A stretch of 64,000 bases of DNA from IMG/VR virus record IMGVR_UViG_3300050821_016519. One strand, 5' to 3'. Position numbers and translations under genes: made by a program. The notes below the pieces were generated by a model. That model was not told the DNA's origin and ran no database searches. It saw nothing but the letters and a program-made list of their open reading frames with translations. This stretch comes from an uncultured virus (IMG/VR IMGVR_UViG_3300050821_016519). Taxonomy: Duplodnaviria > Heunggongvirae > Uroviricota > Caudoviricetes. This document shows positions 19,199-29,074 of this stretch, piece by piece; positions within the stretch are counted from its first letter, which is position 1; the number at the start of each line of letters is the position of its first letter.

Positions 19199-19836
19199 TC
19201 TCACTCTACCTCAATCTCTACACCGACCCCGATCCCCAGCGCAATCACGAGCTGCTGGAGGCCCTGGCCCGGAACAAGTCTAACCCCCTCCTGGAAGTGC
19301 ACGGTATCGACGGCCGCCCCACCTTCGGGGAAATCTTCGACTCGATCAACCAGCGCAGCGGACCGGATGACGTGAATGTCTTTGCCAACTCGGACATCTA
19401 CTTCGATGAGACGATCGCCCTGGCGCAAGACGTGCCCGCAGACGCCGCGTATCTCCTGTCGCGCTGGGAATGGCAGACGCACTCGGACGGCAGCCGGCAC
19501 TTCGAGCTGTACGGCAAGGACGGCCATCCGACCATCGACTGCACCGATGCCTGGATCTGGCGCGGACCGTGCAAGATTCCCCTCCAGCATTTGAACTTCC
19601 GCCCCGGCGTCCCCGGCTGCGACAATCACCTGGCGTGGCTGTTCGACAACTTTTATCCCGGTGATGGCGTGAACGGTGGAGTGTGCGGCCCAGGCTGGAG
19701 CATCCGGGCGCACCATCTGCACGAGAGCGGACTGCGACGGTACGATCGTGAGCCCAGAGGCGCGGTTGCCAAGCCGTATCTCTTGATCGCGCCGCACGTG
19801 CTGGGGGAGATGCCGCGGAAGGAATACCGAGCGTGA
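19195..19836 (+). CDS. GT-A-like protein
   Basis: NVFANSDIYFD, LSRWE, DAWIWRG, GVPGCDN, AHHLH. Confidence 0.65.
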   Translation: MISLYLNLYTDPDPQRNHELLEALARNKSNPLLEVHGIDGRPTFGEIFDSINQRSGPDDVNVFANSDIYFDETIALAQDVPADAAYLLSRWEWQTHSDGSRHFELYGKDGHPTIDCTDAWIWRGPCKIPLQHLNFRPGVPGCDNHLAWLFDNFYPGDGVNGGVCGPGWSIRAHHLHESGLRRYDREPRGAVAKPYLLIAPHVLGEMPRKEYRA

Positions 19837-19958
19837 TGAACGACATCCTTTTTTGGAAAATCCTCGCGACCTTCACGACGATGGGGCTGATGGTCATGTG
19901 GGGCTGGAAATTAAGGGGCTGGTACGACGGGACTTGGAAGGACCGGATACGTCGATGA
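19836..19958 (+). CDS. 40-aa membrane micro-protein (not in the ORF track)
   Basis: MNDILFWKILATFTTMGLMVMWGWKLRGWYDGTWKDRIRR; overlaps both neighbours (TGATG, ATGA). Confidence 0.55.
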   Translation: MNDILFWKILATFTTMGLMVMWGWKLRGWYDGTWKDRIRR

Positions 19959-20710
19959 ACGTCGCCGGCTTTTTCCCCCTGCATTACGGCAAAGCGTATC
20001 TGCGCGAGGCCGTTGAAGCTCTGGCCCCGTGCGTCGATCGCATCGTCGTCGTCTACGCCCCGCGGCCCAGCTACGGCCAGGCCGGCGATCTGCCCAATCC
20101 CGACAGCGAGGAAGAACTTCGCGCCTGTTTCGACCCCCCCTACTGCTCTGCCGGCCAATTGGACTGGCACCGCGGCGACTTCCCGCACGAAGGATTGCAC
20201 CGCCAGGCGGGTTATGACCTGTGCCGTGAAGCCGGCGCCGACCTGGTGGTGCAGTGCGATGGCGATGAAGTGTGGGACACCGAGGCCCTCGCCCGCGCCA
20301 TCGCCCGCGCCCTCGAATCGCCCGCCGCTATCTTCCCCATCCGCGGTCCCTCCTGGATTCACTTCTGGCGTTCTTTCGCCTGGTGCTGCCGGGACGTGTG
20401 GACGCCGACGCGATTGCTCCGCCCCGATCGCTGCGGACCCGGCGCGCCGCAGGAGATTCTTGACGGACGGATTTATCACTTCGGTTACGCCGTCCCCGAA
20501 GCGCTGATGAGATATAAGTGGAGTTGTCACGGCCACAAGAGCGAGCTGCGGCCGGGGTGGATCGAAGACATCTTCTGTAAGTGGCCCGAGCGTAAAAAGG
20601 ACGTTCACCCTTGCGTTTATGACTGGTGGAACGTCGAGCCGTTTGCCAAAGACACGCTGCCCGATTCGCTCAAGCGCCATCCGTGGTACGAATTGGAAGT
20701 GATCCCTTGA
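19955..20710 (+). CDS. GT2-like glycosyltransferase
   Basis: LHYGKAYLREAV...VDRIVVVY, CDGDEVW (DxD), IYHFGYA. Confidence 0.75.
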   Translation: MNVAGFFPLHYGKAYLREAVEALAPCVDRIVVVYAPRPSYGQAGDLPNPDSEEELRACFDPPYCSAGQLDWHRGDFPHEGLHRQAGYDLCREAGADLVVQCDGDEVWDTEALARAIARALESPAAIFPIRGPSWIHFWRSFAWCCRDVWTPTRLLRPDRCGPGAPQEILDGRIYHFGYAVPEALMRYKWSCHGHKSELRPGWIEDIFCKWPERKKDVHPCVYDWWNVEPFAKDTLPDSLKRHPWYELEVIP

Positions 20711-20952
20711 ATCAAATCCTGAACGATGTTTGGGTTGCCGAGTTCGACGACCGTCTCGACACCGATGTTCACAAGCTGTTCCGTGACGGCGATTATGTCG
20801 GGCTCGTCTACTCAGACGAATTCGGGCGGGGATGGAAAGTGCTGCTCGGAGAAGAGCGCCGACCGATCAGCTATCCGCCGTCATCGCTGGAGGAAATGAA
20901 GTCCCTTCTGTCGAAGGCGAGACGCGAAACGAAATGGGTCTTACAACCGTGA
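20707..20952 (+). CDS. Hypothetical insert flanked by a 21-bp direct repeat
   Basis: Starts with the same TTGAATCAAATCC as the downstream phosphatase. Confidence 0.55.
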   Translation: MNQILNDVWVAEFDDRLDTDVHKLFRDGDYVGLVYSDEFGRGWKVLLGEERRPISYPPSSLEEMKSLLSKARRETKWVLQP

Positions 20953-20956
20953 TCCC

Positions 20957-21376
20957 TTGAATCAAATCCGCCCCAACCTTTGGATCGGCGACTCCTCGCC
21001 CGCGATGGCAGTGAACGTCGGCCAGTTGCACGCCGCCGGCATCACCGCCATCCTCAACGTGGCCGCCGAGATCAACGACCTGGCCGGGCGCGACTTCGGC
21101 CTCTTGATCTGCAAGGCCGGCCTGAGCGAGCAGGCGCAGGGCGATCAACCGCGCATCAACGCGGCGTGTGCGCTGCTGGATTATCTCCTGTCCGCCGGTC
21201 ACAAGGTCTTCATCCACTGCGCCGGCGGCTGCAACCGGAGCCCATACATTTCCGCGTTGTGCCTGGCCAAGCGCGAGGGCAAGAGCTTCGATGCTGTCCT
21301 GGACGAGATTCGCGCCATCCGCCCCTGCGCCGCCAATGCCTCAACCATTATGGCGGTGTGGTATGGTAAGGGCTGA
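20957..21376 (+). CDS. Dual-specificity (Cys-dependent) phosphatase
   Basis: IHCAGGCNRS (HCx5R) active site; GITAILNVA. Confidence 0.88.
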   Translation: MNQIRPNLWIGDSSPAMAVNVGQLHAAGITAILNVAAEINDLAGRDFGLLICKAGLSEQAQGDQPRINAACALLDYLLSAGHKVFIHCAGGCNRSPYISALCLAKREGKSFDAVLDEIRAIRPCAANASTIMAVWYGKG

Positions 21377-21377
21377 A

Positions 21378-21572
21378 ATGAAGCCCCTGATCGAGATCGA
21401 ACGCAATTTGATCGTGCGGCCCGATCAGATCAGGAAGGCGTTTCGCGAAGGCGATTACACCGTACTGCTCTTGGAGGGAGAACTCGTGGACCGGCGCATC
21501 GTGGACAGGTTCGGCAATCTGTACGAGATCGTCAGGAAGCATTCGATCAAATACCCGATGGAAATCCCGTGA
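21378..21572 (+). CDS. Hypothetical protein
   Basis: Short ORF tiling the operon. Confidence 0.5.
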   Translation: MKPLIEIERNLIVRPDQIRKAFREGDYTVLLLEGELVDRRIVDRFGNLYEIVRKHSIKYPMEIP

Positions 21573-21790
21573 CGTTGATCCTGCTTGTTTGGTTCGTTTG
21601 TTGCCCTTGCATTTATCTGGTGATGCGTGCGTTCGGATGGTGGCGTGAGACCCATTGGACCGTCGGGGACCGCCGGCTTTGGATGATCGCCAGCATCTTG
21701 GGGCCGCTCGGATTGTTCTTTACCCTGCTATTTGTCGTCGGTTCCGTCGTCATCGATCTGATTAGCGATGCGCGGCGGAGTAAATGGTAA
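21569..21790 (+). CDS. Small two-TM membrane protein
   Basis: Two hydrophobic segments. Confidence 0.55.
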   Translation: MTLILLVWFVCCPCIYLVMRAFGWWRETHWTVGDRRLWMIASILGPLGLFFTLLFVVGSVVIDLISDARRSKW

Positions 21791-21799
21791 AGTGATCGC

Positions 21800-22000
21800 A
21801 TGAGCGACGAAGTCCATGTCCTCATCAAGATTCCGCGCGAGCTGTTCCTCGATCTCGTCTGGTTGCAGGCGCACTACGCCGCTCAACTGAACACCTATGA
21901 CGGCGGACGCAGAGGACCGGTCGATTTGGGGGTCGCCGAACAAGCGCTGTGCGATCGGGAGCGCAAGACCCGCGACCAGCTTCGCAAAAGTCTGAGGTGA
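21800..22000 (+). CDS. Hypothetical protein
   Basis: Short ORF tiling the operon. Confidence 0.5.
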   Translation: MSDEVHVLIKIPRELFLDLVWLQAHYAAQLNTYDGGRRGPVDLGVAEQALCDRERKTRDQLRKSLR

Positions 22001-22002
22001 AA

Positions 22003-22617
22003 ATGATGACCATGACCCGCACCGACGTCGACCCCCGGACTCTGGACCCGCAGAGCATGCTGGGACGCTGGCAGAAGTTCTATCAGGCGCAGAACGCGGC
22101 CATCGGGAGTGGAGGCGCAGGGGGTTTCATCGGTGAGGAAGTCACCTACGACATCGCCGTCCCCTTCCTCGATCAACCGGGACTCCTGGAAGACTGGGGC
22201 TGCGGACTCTGTTGGGCCAAGCGCTACGTCCATCACGCCAGCTACCGGGGCATCGACGGGACACAGACCAAGTTCAGCGACCTGGTGACCGACCTGCGCT
22301 TCTACCGGCCGGACCCCAAGCCCGAGTTCATCCTCATGCGTCACGTCCTGGAGCACAATCGGCAGTGGCGCAAGGTGCTCCAGAACGCACTGGATTCGTT
22401 TACCCGGCGGATGGTGCTGATCATCTTCACCCCGTTCGCCGATCAGACGCACGAGATCGTCTTCTGGCCGAGCATGGGCGTACCGGACATCGGGTTCAAG
22501 CGGGAAGACCTCACCGACCTGTTCACTGCCGCAGGGTGTACTTTCCGCGAGGAGAGCTGGGACACCAATACGCAGTATCAGAGTGAGACGCTGTTCTTTT
22601 TGGAACGCAATGGCTGA
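22003..22617 (+). CDS. Class I SAM-dependent methyltransferase-like protein
   Basis: LEDWGCG, YRGIDG, MRHVLEHN. Confidence 0.75.
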   Translation: MMTMTRTDVDPRTLDPQSMLGRWQKFYQAQNAAIGSGGAGGFIGEEVTYDIAVPFLDQPGLLEDWGCGLCWAKRYVHHASYRGIDGTQTKFSDLVTDLRFYRPDPKPEFILMRHVLEHNRQWRKVLQNALDSFTRRMVLIIFTPFADQTHEIVFWPSMGVPDIGFKREDLTDLFTAAGCTFREESWDTNTQYQSETLFFLERNG

Positions 22618-23248
22618 AACCTTCATCGTCACCATCACCGAGCCGTGCAACAAGCGGGGGAGTTATCGCGCCCTGCGCCACGACCCGAATGCATTTCGTT
22701 TCAACGTGGGCAACGTGATCGTGCGCAATCTCGCCGAGATCGGTGACGCTGGTTTTCGCGAGAACCATCTGCTGCCCAACGGCTACGTCGCCCTGGCGCT
22801 GTGGGATGAAGAAGAACGGCTGGAGGACACCCCGATCGCGTATGTGCTGGAAGCCCCGGAGCTTGAGAAATCGATCCGGACGGTGTTGGCCAGCGCGAAG
22901 CCGGACGCGGAATATTCTTCTTCGGCCCGAACGGATTTCCTGAACGACCTTGGTCCGAGGGTAAACAAGCGAGCGATCACCCGCGTCAGTCTGCAAATGA
23001 TGAACCTGTCGCCTCATCTGGTTAAAGAGATGACGGCCGAGCGCTGGGCCGAATTGCTTTGTTTGCCCGCTGGCGTGAAGGCGCGATTGTGCGTCTGCGA
23101 CGGCGACCTGGCGATCCTGGAACTTTCCGGCGCCGGACTGCCCGACTATTGCCAGCTCGATGATCCGGCCAAACTCGCCCCGATCATCTACATCATCCTG
23201 CGTTTTCATACGACTGGCGCGATTACTTTTGAACGTTTCGCGCACTGA
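22610..23248 (+). CDS. Hypothetical protein
   Basis: 212-aa ORF overlapping the methyltransferase stop; no motif recognised. Confidence 0.55.
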   Translation: MAETFIVTITEPCNKRGSYRALRHDPNAFRFNVGNVIVRNLAEIGDAGFRENHLLPNGYVALALWDEEERLEDTPIAYVLEAPELEKSIRTVLASAKPDAEYSSSARTDFLNDLGPRVNKRAITRVSLQMMNLSPHLVKEMTAERWAELLCLPAGVKARLCVCDGDLAILELSGAGLPDYCQLDDPAKLAPIIYIILRFHTTGAITFERFAH

Positions 23249-23259
23249 TCTTGCTTCCA

Positions 23260-24345
23260 ATGAAAGTCCTCCACTTCGCCCTCATCACCCCCACCAGCCC
23301 ACAGTGGGGACTGCGCCGTGCCCTGGAGAAGCTGTCGGGCGGCGGGCAGGGGGGGCGGGAGAACTACCAGGAACTCAACTGGTTCCCCCTGCGCGACAAC
23401 GATCGGCCGGCCATCCGCGAGGGGTTTATCGGCCTGGTGCGATCCTTCAAGCCCGATCTGGTCTTCTGCCAGATACAGGACGAAGGGATTCTCCCCGGCC
23501 GGCTCTTGGATGAAGCACGCTCGACCGGTGCCTGGGTGATGCAGTGGTGCGGCGATCTGCGCAACGACACGCGGACGTGGGTATGGGAAGTCGCCGGTCA
23601 CGTCGATCTGAACTGTTTCTCCAACCTTCGCGACGTGGAGAACCTTCGGGCCAAAGGCCATCCGGCCGAGTTTTTGAATATCGGGTTCTCGACCGACACC
23701 TTCTGCCCTGATGGACCGCGGCTGGAGGGCGAACTGCGCGATCGGGTCAACCGCCGGCTGCGCAAGACCGCGATCGAGCAGGCGTACCAGAACCACGTGC
23801 GCGTGCCAGACGTGATGCCGACGCTGGCGGAGATTCCGCCGGTGATCTTTGCCGGCACAAATTACGGCTCGGTTTTCCCGCGCTCGCACGAGCGGCAGAT
23901 GATGGTCGCCCATCTGAGGCAGCGCTATGGCGAGCGCTTCGCTGTCTTTGGCACCGGGTGGGGTCCGGACAATCCGTTTCTCCTGGAAGAGGAAGAAGCG
24001 GCCGCCTATCGAAGCTGCAAAATTGCATTGAATCACAATCATTTTGACGACGTGCCCGGTTTCAGCAGCGACCGCATTCTCCGCGGCATGGGCTCGGGCG
24101 CGTTTATGATCTCCAACGTCTGGCCCAAGATGGAGGATGAATACACGGACGGCGAGCACCTGGCGACGTGGAAGCCGCATGACTTCGATCACCTCTGCCA
24201 GCAGATCGACTACTATCTGGAGCATGATGACGAGCGGCGGAAGATCGCCGAAGCCGGCTGCCGGCACGTGCACCACAATCATTCCTGGGACGCGCGGATG
24301 AAACAGATTCTCTCGTTCATGGAAAGCTACCGGGATCGATCATGA
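23260..24345 (+). CDS. CgeB-like GT-B glycosyltransferase
   Basis: FKPDLVF, IFAGTNY, YRSCKIALN, FSSDRILRGMGSGAF, YYLEHDDERRKIAEAG...HSWDAR. Confidence 0.85.
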   Translation: MKVLHFALITPTSPQWGLRRALEKLSGGGQGGRENYQELNWFPLRDNDRPAIREGFIGLVRSFKPDLVFCQIQDEGILPGRLLDEARSTGAWVMQWCGDLRNDTRTWVWEVAGHVDLNCFSNLRDVENLRAKGHPAEFLNIGFSTDTFCPDGPRLEGELRDRVNRRLRKTAIEQAYQNHVRVPDVMPTLAEIPPVIFAGTNYGSVFPRSHERQMMVAHLRQRYGERFAVFGTGWGPDNPFLLEEEEAAAYRSCKIALNHNHFDDVPGFSSDRILRGMGSGAFMISNVWPKMEDEYTDGEHLATWKPHDFDHLCQQIDYYLEHDDERRKIAEAGCRHVHHNHSWDARMKQILSFMESYRDRS

Positions 24346-24947
24346 CGCCCGATGAAGCGCGCAGCGAATTACTCAAGCTCGACGGCCTGGTCGATCGACT
24401 TGGCGGCTACCTGGGCGATGGTTCCCCGGTGCCGTCCTACTGGCCCTGCGGCTCCTGTTTCGAGAACGAGGGCGTCTATCTCTACAACACCGTGCGGCAG
24501 AAGCGCCCCAAGGTGATCGTGGAAGTGGGCCGTCTGTTCGGCTGCTCGACCTCGCACCTGGCCCTGGGCTGTCAGCACAACCAATTCGGTCGAGTCTTCT
24601 CCATCGACAACAACGCCGATACCGGCCAGATGATCCCGCCGGAGCTGCGCCAGTTCATCGACTTCATCAACGTCGATCTGTTCAGCCTCGATGGCCCGTC
24701 GATCGAGCGCTTCGCCGGCGGCCCGATCGATCTGCTCCTGGAGGACGGACCGCACACCTGGGGCTCGACCGAGCACGTGCTGCGGAATTTCCCGGTGGCC
24801 AAGGGGGGCACCGTCATCGTGCACGATTACTGCCATCGCACCTGCCAGGAAACCGTGGCCGCCGAATGTCAGAAGGTGCTGGGCGAGCCGGATGAAATCT
24901 TCTTCGAGCCGCCCAGCGACTGCGGATATGCTGTTTATCGGCGATGA
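24342..24947 (+). CDS. Methyltransferase (Methyltransf_24-like)
   Basis: RPKVIVEVGRLFGCST, IDLLLEDGPH, GGTVIVHDY. Confidence 0.82.
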   Translation: MTPDEARSELLKLDGLVDRLGGYLGDGSPVPSYWPCGSCFENEGVYLYNTVRQKRPKVIVEVGRLFGCSTSHLALGCQHNQFGRVFSIDNNADTGQMIPPELRQFIDFINVDLFSLDGPSIERFAGGPIDLLLEDGPHTWGSTEHVLRNFPVAKGGTVIVHDYCHRTCQETVAAECQKVLGEPDEIFFEPPSDCGYAVYRR

Positions 24948-25543
24948 GCGAACCGCTTGCCAAACTGCATTACACGCTGAAACCAAAGCCCGCACTATGG
25001 CCTGGATTGCTTCTGTGCGCCGTGTATCTCGTCGTTTGGCCGCAGGGATGGTGGCCTTGGCGTGATTTCTTATACCTCGGCATCATTCTGTTCCAGATTC
25101 AATTGGTCCGCCGTGCAACATGGCTTAATCGCCGTGGAATATGGCTTAATGAGCAGGCCGAGCGCACCATGCGGCTGGGCGCATGGGGCGACCAAACCTT
25201 GAAGGATCGCATCGCCAAACACCGCGCCGCCGGTGCTCCAGATCAGGCGTTCTACGAAAACGGCAACGGCATGTATGTCCCATCGGCGTCGGAGTTGGCC
25301 CGAGACGAGTTGGCCTGCGATCTGGCGACATCCATCCTGGCCGATGGCGCGAACTACGACAGCATCTGGGGAACCGCTGCTGGAGGGGAAAGATTCGTCG
25401 TCTGCGTGCACGCTGCCGAAGCTGTTGAAGGCGACAACTTCAACGAGATGTTCAATAGCGACCCAAAGATGATGGAGACCGCCCGACGAAGGATACTTCG
25501 CAGTCCCTACGGGGTTTTTTTGGAACGAAACCGGCTTTCATAG
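24944..25543 (+). CDS. Hypothetical membrane protein
   Basis: Two N-terminal hydrophobic segments; lower GC than neighbours. Confidence 0.55.
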   Translation: MSEPLAKLHYTLKPKPALWPGLLLCAVYLVVWPQGWWPWRDFLYLGIILFQIQLVRRATWLNRRGIWLNEQAERTMRLGAWGDQTLKDRIAKHRAAGAPDQAFYENGNGMYVPSASELARDELACDLATSILADGANYDSIWGTAAGGERFVVCVHAAEAVEGDNFNEMFNSDPKMMETARRRILRSPYGVFLERNRLS

Positions 25544-26130
25544 TCGAGCCGATCCTGGACTACTTCTCCGAAATCACCGCCCGCGGAATCCTCCCGGCGA
25601 TCGACCCGGCCTTCCCCGGACCGTACACCATCGAGCAGAATCCCCTTGAACTGGCCAACTTCTGCCAATGGGTGGAAGGCCGCGGGATCAAGCGCTACCT
25701 GGAAATCGGCGTCTCCACCGGGGGATTGATCCAGTTCTTCCACGACACCTTCGCCTGGGAATGCTTCGGCGCCGACCTCCGCGCTCCTACCGGAATCGCA
25801 CCAGGCTTCGGCAAAGGTGAGGGCATCCGCCTGTTCATCGGCGACAGCCAGTCGGTGAATTTCCGGCTGTTCATGAACTCGACCGTGAGCCAGGCCGATC
25901 TGGTATGGATCGACGCCGATCATTCCTACCGCTCGATCGAAAGCGATTACCGCAACGCCCTGATGCTCCTCCCGAAGCTGATCGCCTTCCATGACATCTG
26001 CGGCCTGCGCATGTGCGACGGCGCGGCGGAGCACTGGAACGAGTTGAAACAGGAGAATCCCGGCAAGACGATCGAGTTCATTCACGACGATCCGAACACG
26101 GGCTGCGGAATCGGAGTGCTGATTCTGTAG
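25540..26130 (+). CDS. Methyltransferase (Methyltransf_24-like); canonical start missing, ATA at 25540
   Basis: IEQNPLEL, YLEIGVSTGG, DLVWIDADHSY, IAFHDI; the frame extends upstream of the GTG at 25672. Confidence 0.78.
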   Translation: MVEPILDYFSEITARGILPAIDPAFPGPYTIEQNPLELANFCQWVEGRGIKRYLEIGVSTGGLIQFFHDTFAWECFGADLRAPTGIAPGFGKGEGIRLFIGDSQSVNFRLFMNSTVSQADLVWIDADHSYRSIESDYRNALMLLPKLIAFHDICGLRMCDGAAEHWNELKQENPGKTIEFIHDDPNTGCGIGVLIL

Positions 26131-26132
26131 GT

Positions 26133-26609
26133 TCATGGGCGTTCGGGAAGTTGCTTGGCCCTCCAGCCGACAACGAGTGGCTCGATTTCAGGCCACGCCT
26201 CATCGAGCCCAACGTCTCTGATTTTATCGAAGGCAGATTGCGGAAGTGCTGGCAGTTCCTTTGGTTGGTCATGGCGCTCAATGTCTTTTCTCCAGAAGCA
26301 ACCGGTGAATCGTATGCCATCCTGGCGAACGTGGTAGAAGCCAACTTTTTGCGCGACGGCCTCCATAATCATCAGATCGGACATGAATTTTCGCACCGCT
26401 TTCCGGAGAATGTGATTGTCGGCATCGGGCACGATTAGATATTTCTGCCCGTTGCGCATCTCCGAAAGCCAGTAGGCACCGCTCATGCTTGCGATGAAGT
26501 GGACGTTCGTGATGTCATCGACATCCAACAGTACTTCTTGATCTTCCACGGTTTTGTCTTCCACCAAATCGCCCGGGATGTGATTTCGCGTTGTAACTGT
26601 TGTGACCAT
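26133..26609 (-). CDS. Hypothetical protein (antisense insert)
   Basis: 158 aa with AGGAG RBS. Confidence 0.65.
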   Translation of the reverse strand: MVTTVTTRNHIPGDLVEDKTVEDQEVLLDVDDITNVHFIASMSGAYWLSEMRNGQKYLIVPDADNHILRKAVRKFMSDLMIMEAVAQKVGFYHVRQDGIRFTGCFWRKDIERHDQPKELPALPQSAFDKIRDVGLDEAWPEIEPLVVGWRAKQLPERP

Positions 26610-26635
26610 GCCGATCTCCTATCGCCATTATTACA

Positions 26636-27373
26636 ATGATCTCCCTGATCTTCCCCCATCACGACAGCCCGGAGAACAACGCCTGCCTGGAACTCAAACG
26701 CCAGATGCTGGCGGACAATACCTGCTGTCCCTACCAGTTGCTCTACGTCGTGGGCACCACGCCCGATGATGTTTATCCGGCATGGAACTGGCTGGCCAAA
26801 CGCGCTAAGTACGACATTCTCCTCTGGGACAACTCCGATATCGTCTATGCCCCCGGCTGGGACGAGAATATCCGCCGGCACATCAACGATGCCGACTGGC
26901 TCTGTCTGCGACTGGTCGAGTGCGGCGCCATCGGGGTGGCGGGCTCGAACATCGGGGCCAACTTCGGCCGCACCGCCACGAGTTTCGATCGCCCCGGCTT
27001 CGAGCACTTCTGCGCCGTCGACAACGCCGGCCGGTCCTCGATCGAGCTGGACATTTTCGGCTGGTACAGCCCCTCGGCCTTCCGCAAAAGCTGGTTTCTC
27101 GAGAAGGGCGGGCTGCCCGACAAGATCCCGTTCCCGCACGACAACGACGCCGATTTCAAGGTGAAGGTCTTCAACGAGGGCTGCCGCTTCGCGCGGATCG
27201 GCTCCTACGCCTATCACTTCCAGCGGCAGTGGGAGAACCTGGGCAGGAAAGTCGAGCGGGAATTGCCCCCGCCGCCGGATGTCGCGCTGCCCGAGGGGTT
27301 TGAGCCGTTGCGGCCGGAGGCGGGAGGAGGGGGAGAGGGGGCGAGTGGGCGAGTGGGAGAAAAGCAAAGCTAG
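26636..27373 (+). CDS. GT-A glycosyltransferase-like protein
   Basis: YPAWN...AKYDILLWDNSDIVYAPGWD, AYHFQ. Confidence 0.75.
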   Translation: MISLIFPHHDSPENNACLELKRQMLADNTCCPYQLLYVVGTTPDDVYPAWNWLAKRAKYDILLWDNSDIVYAPGWDENIRRHINDADWLCLRLVECGAIGVAGSNIGANFGRTATSFDRPGFEHFCAVDNAGRSSIELDIFGWYSPSAFRKSWFLEKGGLPDKIPFPHDNDADFKVKVFNEGCRFARIGSYAYHFQRQWENLGRKVERELPPPPDVALPEGFEPLRPEAGGGGEGASGRVGEKQS

Positions 27374-27428
27374 GCTTTCCCCCGTCACCCCCCTCTCCCC
27401 CTCACCCACTCCCCCTCTCTCTTTCCTC
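27320..27428. repeat. Purine/pyrimidine octamer inverted repeat
   Basis: GGGGAGAGGGGGCGAGTGGGCGAGTGGGAGA arm and CCCCGTCACCCCCTCTCCCCCTCACCCACTC arm. Confidence 0.75.
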
Positions 27429-27429
27429 C

Positions 27430-27963
27430 ATGTACACCCCCGCGCCGATCATTTCCCACTCAGCGGATTTCTCGCAGATGATCCCCAAGGTGCCGCCGGG
27501 ACCGATCGCGGAATTCGGCGTGTTTGAAGGCGGCTCGACGGTGCAGCTCGCTGGCTATGGACGGACGGTCTACGCCTTCGACACCTTCGAGGGCATGCCG
27601 TATGACGCCCCTTATGATCCCTGGCTGGATCAGGACAATCCACCGGGCCAGTTCAGGAGCGATCATGTGATCGAGCACCTGGCCGAGTATCACAACGTCA
27701 TCTGCGTCAAAGGGACGTTCCAGAAGACGCTGCCGGAGTTCGACCCTGAGGTGAAGTTCGCGTTCGTGTATCTCGATTGCGACTGGTATTCCTCCTACCG
27801 CTTCGTCTGTGAATGGCTGGCCAAGCGCATGCTCCCGGGCGCCATGGCGCTGGTGGATGACTACCGTTACTGCGCCGGCTGCCACAAGGCGATCGACGAG
27901 ATGGTGAAAGAGGGGATCGTGACTTATCTTCATCCGTGGATGCGCTGGCCGGAGAAGCAATGA
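27430..27963 (+). CDS. TylF/MycF/NovP-like O-methyltransferase
   Basis: IAEFGVFEGGS, FDTFEGMP, KGTFQKTLP, YLDCDWYSS, VDDY. Confidence 0.88.
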   Translation: MYTPAPIISHSADFSQMIPKVPPGPIAEFGVFEGGSTVQLAGYGRTVYAFDTFEGMPYDAPYDPWLDQDNPPGQFRSDHVIEHLAEYHNVICVKGTFQKTLPEFDPEVKFAFVYLDCDWYSSYRFVCEWLAKRMLPGAMALVDDYRYCAGCHKAIDEMVKEGIVTYLHPWMRWPEKQ

Positions 27964-28289
27964 GCCTCACCGTTTCGCAAATAGACCGCATCAAACAATT
28001 CCACGCCAAGCTCGCGGAAGTGGACGGATTCACCGATGAGCAGGTGATCGCCAATTTCAAAAAAGACCTGTTTGGCGTCGATGGGGAAATCTATGTGTGG
28101 GAGTTGATCGCCAAGGCTTATACCGAGTACATGGCCGGTCGCCCGCTGTCCCTGGAGCACAAGAAAGAGGCTTACAATCTGCTCCTGGCCCGGTCCTTCT
28201 ACGACACGAATGAAGAAGCCCTCAAGGCGTTCAAGCGCAAAGTCCTGACTCAGAAACAAGCGGCGTCCGTGCTGTCACACTGCAAATGA
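27960..28289 (+). CDS. Hypothetical protein
   Basis: ATGA-coupled, helical composition. Confidence 0.6.
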   Translation: MSLTVSQIDRIKQFHAKLAEVDGFTDEQVIANFKKDLFGVDGEIYVWELIAKAYTEYMAGRPLSLEHKKEAYNLLLARSFYDTNEEALKAFKRKVLTQKQAASVLSHCK

Positions 28290-28303
28290 GGGGAGTGACT
28301 CCG

Positions 28304-29074
28304 ATGAACATCCGCTTTGTCACACTCCGCAACGACGAGGGTAAGACGTATGACAGCTATTCGGATTACCACAAGCTGATCGACCTGTCGGGCTTTCCCC
28401 GCTGCGAAATGTCGGAGATCAATCACTTCCCTCCGGACCCGACGGTTTATGTCCTGGCTCCGACGAATGGAAACGCGCTGGCAGTGGCGGCGGCCCGGCG
28501 CGTCAAGCGCTGCCGCATGATCGCCTGGATGCTGGAGCGGCCCATCAACGGACTGGCGGGTTTCATCCCCGAGAAATTCGACGAGGTATGGATCAGCGAC
28601 CGCTGGCTGGCGGGACAGTTCAAGGACAATCCCAGAGTCCGCTACGTCCCCATGGGCGGTCATGCGGGGCTGGGCGGCGAGCGCTCGAGCACGTTCCAAT
28701 ACGACGCCACCCATCAAGCCTACATCTACGGCCGCCGCGACCATATCGTGCAGGAACTCCAGCGCGCCGGGATCGTCATCGGCAACGCCTGCTGGGGCAA
28801 AGAACGCGACGAGCAGCTTGCGACTTCACGGGTGGGATTGTGCCTCCATCAAGATAATTTGTTTCTGCTGGAACCTCTGAGATTTACGCTGTTCTCCTGC
28901 TGGAAACTGCCGCTGGTGTCGGAGTTCTGTCACGACTTTTATCCCTACGATGTTTATCCCCTGGAGCGGTTGAAAGAGGCGATGCAGAACGGGGATGGGG
29001 AGACGAACTACCGGCGACTCACGAGCGAATTGACTTTCAGGAGCTGCGTCGAGGCGGCACTATGTCAGCCGTGA
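28304..29074 (+). CDS. GT-B-like glycosyltransferase
   Basis: CWGKERDEQLATSRVGLCLHQ...EPLRF...PLVSE, similar to CgeB-type C-terminal domains. Confidence 0.65.
   Translation: MNIRFVTLRNDEGKTYDSYSDYHKLIDLSGFPRCEMSEINHFPPDPTVYVLAPTNGNALAVAAARRVKRCRMIAWMLERPINGLAGFIPEKFDEVWISDRWLAGQFKDNPRVRYVPMGGHAGLGGERSSTFQYDATHQAYIYGRRDHIVQELQRAGIVIGNACWGKERDEQLATSRVGLCLHQDNLFLLEPLRFTLFSCWKLPLVSEFCHDFYPYDVYPLERLKEAMQNGDGETNYRRLTSELTFRSCVEAALCQP

Noticed and set aside
22596..25530. Shared TTTTTGGAACG at the ends of the 22003 and 24944 genes
   Set aside because: Only about 11 bp and low complexity; may be chance.
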